Shown in pieces: positions 61,642-64,000 of a stretch of DNA of 64,000 nt (the stretch's first letter is position 1; every line of letters begins with the position of its first letter). Under the pieces are notes generated by a model, which made no database searches, was not told the origin of the DNA, and was given only the letters and a program-made list of their open reading frames with translations. A program made the translations under genes and the position numbers. Source of the stretch: Alphaproteobacteria bacterium (lineage in GTDB: Bacteria > Pseudomonadota > Alphaproteobacteria > JAAXGF01); the NCBI GenBank assembly GCA_963555825.3, contig CAUVXB020000002.1:3456001-3520000 (forward strand), in the 5' to 3' direction.

Positions 61642-63210
61642 ATGAACGAACGCTTCCGCCCGGTCGTGCTGTGCATCCTCGACGGTTGGGGCCACAGCGA
61701 CACGCACGACGACAATGCCATCGCCCAGGCACGGACGCCGGTCTGGGATGGATTGGTGGCGCGTTGCCCACACGGCCTGCTCGACGCCTCGAACAGCGAT
61801 GTCGGTCTGCCCGACGGCCAGATGGGCAATTCCGAGGTCGGCCATATGAATATCGGCGCCGGCCGCGTCGTCACGCAGATCCTCGCGCGCATCGACCGCG
61901 CAGCCGCCGACGGCACGCTCGACAGCAACCCAGCGCTCGCCAATTTCGTCGCCAAGCTGCGCGCGACCGGCGGCACCTGCCATCTGATCGGCCTGATCTC
62001 GCCGGGCGGCGTGCACAGCCACCAGGACCAGATCGCCGTGCTCGCCCGCGCCGTCGCCACGGCCGGCGTGCCGGTCGCCGTGCACGCGCTGCTCGACGGC
62101 CGCGATACGCCGCCGCGCAGCGCGCGCGGCTACCTCGCCGATTTCGCCGCCGCGACCGCCGGCGTGCCCGGCGTGGCGATCGCGACGGTCGGCGGGCGCT
62201 ACCACGCGATGGACCGCGACAAGCGCTGGGAACGCGTCGCCCACGCGTACGACACACTGGTGCTGGGCGCGGGCGAGAAGGCGGCCGACGCGGATGCCGC
62301 GATCGCCGGGGCTTACGCGCGCGGCGAAAGCGACGAGTTCGTCGCGCCGACCGTGATCGGCGACTACGCCGGCATGGTCGACGGCGACGGCTTGGTGGTC
62401 GGCAACTTCCGTGCCGATCGCGTGCGCCAGATACTCGCCGCGCTGGTCGACCCGGCGTTCGACGGTTTCGCGCGGCCCCGGACGGTGCGTTTCGCCGCGG
62501 CCTGCGGCATGACCGGGTATTCCGCGGCGCTGAACGCATACCTCACCGCGCTGTTTCCGCAGCGCGAACTCAGCGGCATTCTGGGCCAGATCGTGGCCGA
62601 CGCCGGGCTGACCCAGCTGCGCATCGCCGAGACCGAAAAATACGCCCATGTCACGTACTTCCTGAACGGCGGGAAGGAGACGCCGTTCACCGGCGAGGAA
62701 CGCATCCTGGTTCCCTCGCCCAAGGTCGCGACCTACGATGAGCAGCCCGAGATGTCGGCCCACGAGGTAACCGATAAGCTGATCGCCGCGATCGAGAGCG
62801 GCCGTTTCGACCTCGTCGTCGTCAACTATGCCAACACCGACATGGTCGGGCACACCGGCAACATGGACGCCGCGATGCGCGCCGTCGAGACGGTCGACGC
62901 CTGTCTCGGGCGGCTGGCCGCGGCGGTCGAGGCGGCGGGCGGCGCGCTGGCCATCACCGCCGACCACGGCAACGCCGAGATGATGCGCGACGCGTCGACC
63001 GCGCAGGCGCACACCGCACATACCTCGAACCCGGTGCCCTTCGTTGTCGTCGGCCCGGCGGCCGGCGAAATCGCGACGCGCGACGGTCGGCTCGCCGACG
63101 TCGCGCCGACGCTGCTCGCGCTCATGGGTCTCGCGCAATCAAGCGAGATGACCGGAGTATCGCTGCTCGTGCCGGCGCCGAGCGCGGCGGCGGCGGGGCA
63201 AGGCGGCTGA
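61642..63210 (+). CDS. gpmI: 2,3-bisphosphoglycerate-independent phosphoglycerate mutase
   Basis: LCILDGWG, GQMGNSEVGH, DGRDT, AETEKYAHVT, DMVGHTG, TADHGN. Confidence 0.97.
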   Translation: MNERFRPVVLCILDGWGHSDTHDDNAIAQARTPVWDGLVARCPHGLLDASNSDVGLPDGQMGNSEVGHMNIGAGRVVTQILARIDRAAADGTLDSNPALANFVAKLRATGGTCHLIGLISPGGVHSHQDQIAVLARAVATAGVPVAVHALLDGRDTPPRSARGYLADFAAATAGVPGVAIATVGGRYHAMDRDKRWERVAHAYDTLVLGAGEKAADADAAIAGAYARGESDEFVAPTVIGDYAGMVDGDGLVVGNFRADRVRQILAALVDPAFDGFARPRTVRFAAACGMTGYSAALNAYLTALFPQRELSGILGQIVADAGLTQLRIAETEKYAHVTYFLNGGKETPFTGEERILVPSPKVATYDEQPEMSAHEVTDKLIAAIESGRFDLVVVNYANTDMVGHTGNMDAAMRAVETVDACLGRLAAAVEAAGGALAITADHGNAEMMRDASTAQAHTAHTSNPVPFVVVGPAAGEIATRDGRLADVAPTLLALMGLAQSSEMTGVSLLVPAPSAAAAGQGG

Positions 63211-64000
63211 TGTCGATGCGACGCGCCATGACGATGGCTTTCGCGCTCGCCACGGGGCTCGCCGCGTTTGCGGCGGAAGCGGCCGACGGCGTTGACGACA
63301 AACTTGGCACGGTCGAACGCGCGCTCGAGGCGGGCCGCGACAAGGAACGCGCGCTGGAAGCCAAAACCGAGACCATCGAGCAGCAGATCATCGCCCTGCG
63401 CGCCGAACTGGTGACCGCCGCGCGCGCCGTACAGAACAGCGAGGAAGCGCTCACCACGCTCGAGGTGCGCCTCGCCGCGCTGACCCGCGAGGAGAGTGCG
63501 GCGGCGGCGACGCTCGGTCGGCGCCGCGTTGAGTTGATCGCGACGCTCGGCGCGTTCGAGCGGCTCGCCTTGCTGCCACCCGAGGCGGTCATCGCGACGC
63601 CGGTGGCGCTGGCCGACACGGTGCGCACCAGCCGGCTGCTGCGCGCCGCGGTGCTGGCGTTGGAGGGCCGCGCCGATCTGTTGGCCGCCGAGTTGATCGC
63701 GCTCGCCGGCCTGCGCGCCAAGATCGGCGCCGAGCGCGACCGCGTGGCCCTGACGCGTGGCGCGCTGGCGGCCGAGCAGAAGCGAGTCGACGCGCTGCTC
63801 ACCCGGAAATCCGCGTTGCGCGGCCGCACGCTCGAGGCGCAGCACGCACAAGAGGCCCGCGTCGCGGGGCTCGCCGCCGAGGCCACCGACTTGCGCGAAC
63901 TGATGGCCAAGCTGGCCGCCGCGGCCGCCACCGCGCCGCCGCCCCCGCAGTCGAAACCCGCCGTCGAGGCGCCGCCCCCGGCGCCCGAGACGGCGATGGC
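63210..64000 (+). CDS. envC: Murein hydrolase activator EnvC-like coiled-coil protein (5' part, runs off window)
   Basis: Signal peptide MRRAMTMAFALATGLAAFAAEA followed by a long coiled coil. Canonical position after gpmI. Confidence 0.75.
   Translation, partial: MSMRRAMTMAFALATGLAAFAAEAADGVDDKLGTVERALEAGRDKERALEAKTETIEQQIIALRAELVTAARAVQNSEEALTTLEVRLAALTREESAAAATLGRRRVELIATLGAFERLALLPPEAVIATPVALADTVRTSRLLRAAVLALEGRADLLAAELIALAGLRAKIGAERDRVALTRGALAAEQKRVDALLTRKSALRGRTLEAQHAQEARVAGLAAEATDLRELMAKLAAAAATAPPPPQSKPAVEAPPPAPETAM

Overview
High-GC alphaproteobacterial chromosome segment, assigned from the rplU-rpmA-obgE-proB-proA-nadD-rsfS-gpmI-envC synteny at 50.9-64 kb, with a heavy and recent IS load. 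(1) 1-11.4 kb: nested IS wreckage. It includes a large serine recombinase remnant, IS110, an rve element and IS3-like, IS21, IS630 and ISLre2/ISKra4-like elements. A class III aminotransferase is split into three pieces and a group II intron fragment is present. (2) 11.5-31 kb: a coenzyme F420 island with cofE, cofD, an in-frame cofC-fbiC (CofC-CofG-CofH) fusion, gnd-pgl-fgd, seven further LLM oxidoreductases (one IS-split), two PPOX-type proteins and two nitroreductases. (3) 31-50.7 kb: unrelated cargo genes separated by clusters of a degenerate ~25-bp palindromic unit (GTCCGC...GGGTC...AGC.GAC), an integron-like layout. These units are targeted by IS1182, IS1182-type MITEs and an IS1111-type IS110. 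The guide segments of the bridge/seek RNAs of two IS110 elements can be matched by eye to their insertion sites. (4) 50.9-64 kb: core genes, with an IS-disrupted single-polypeptide restriction-modification gene between proA and nadD. All assignments come from reading motifs and repeats by eye. No database searches were run.
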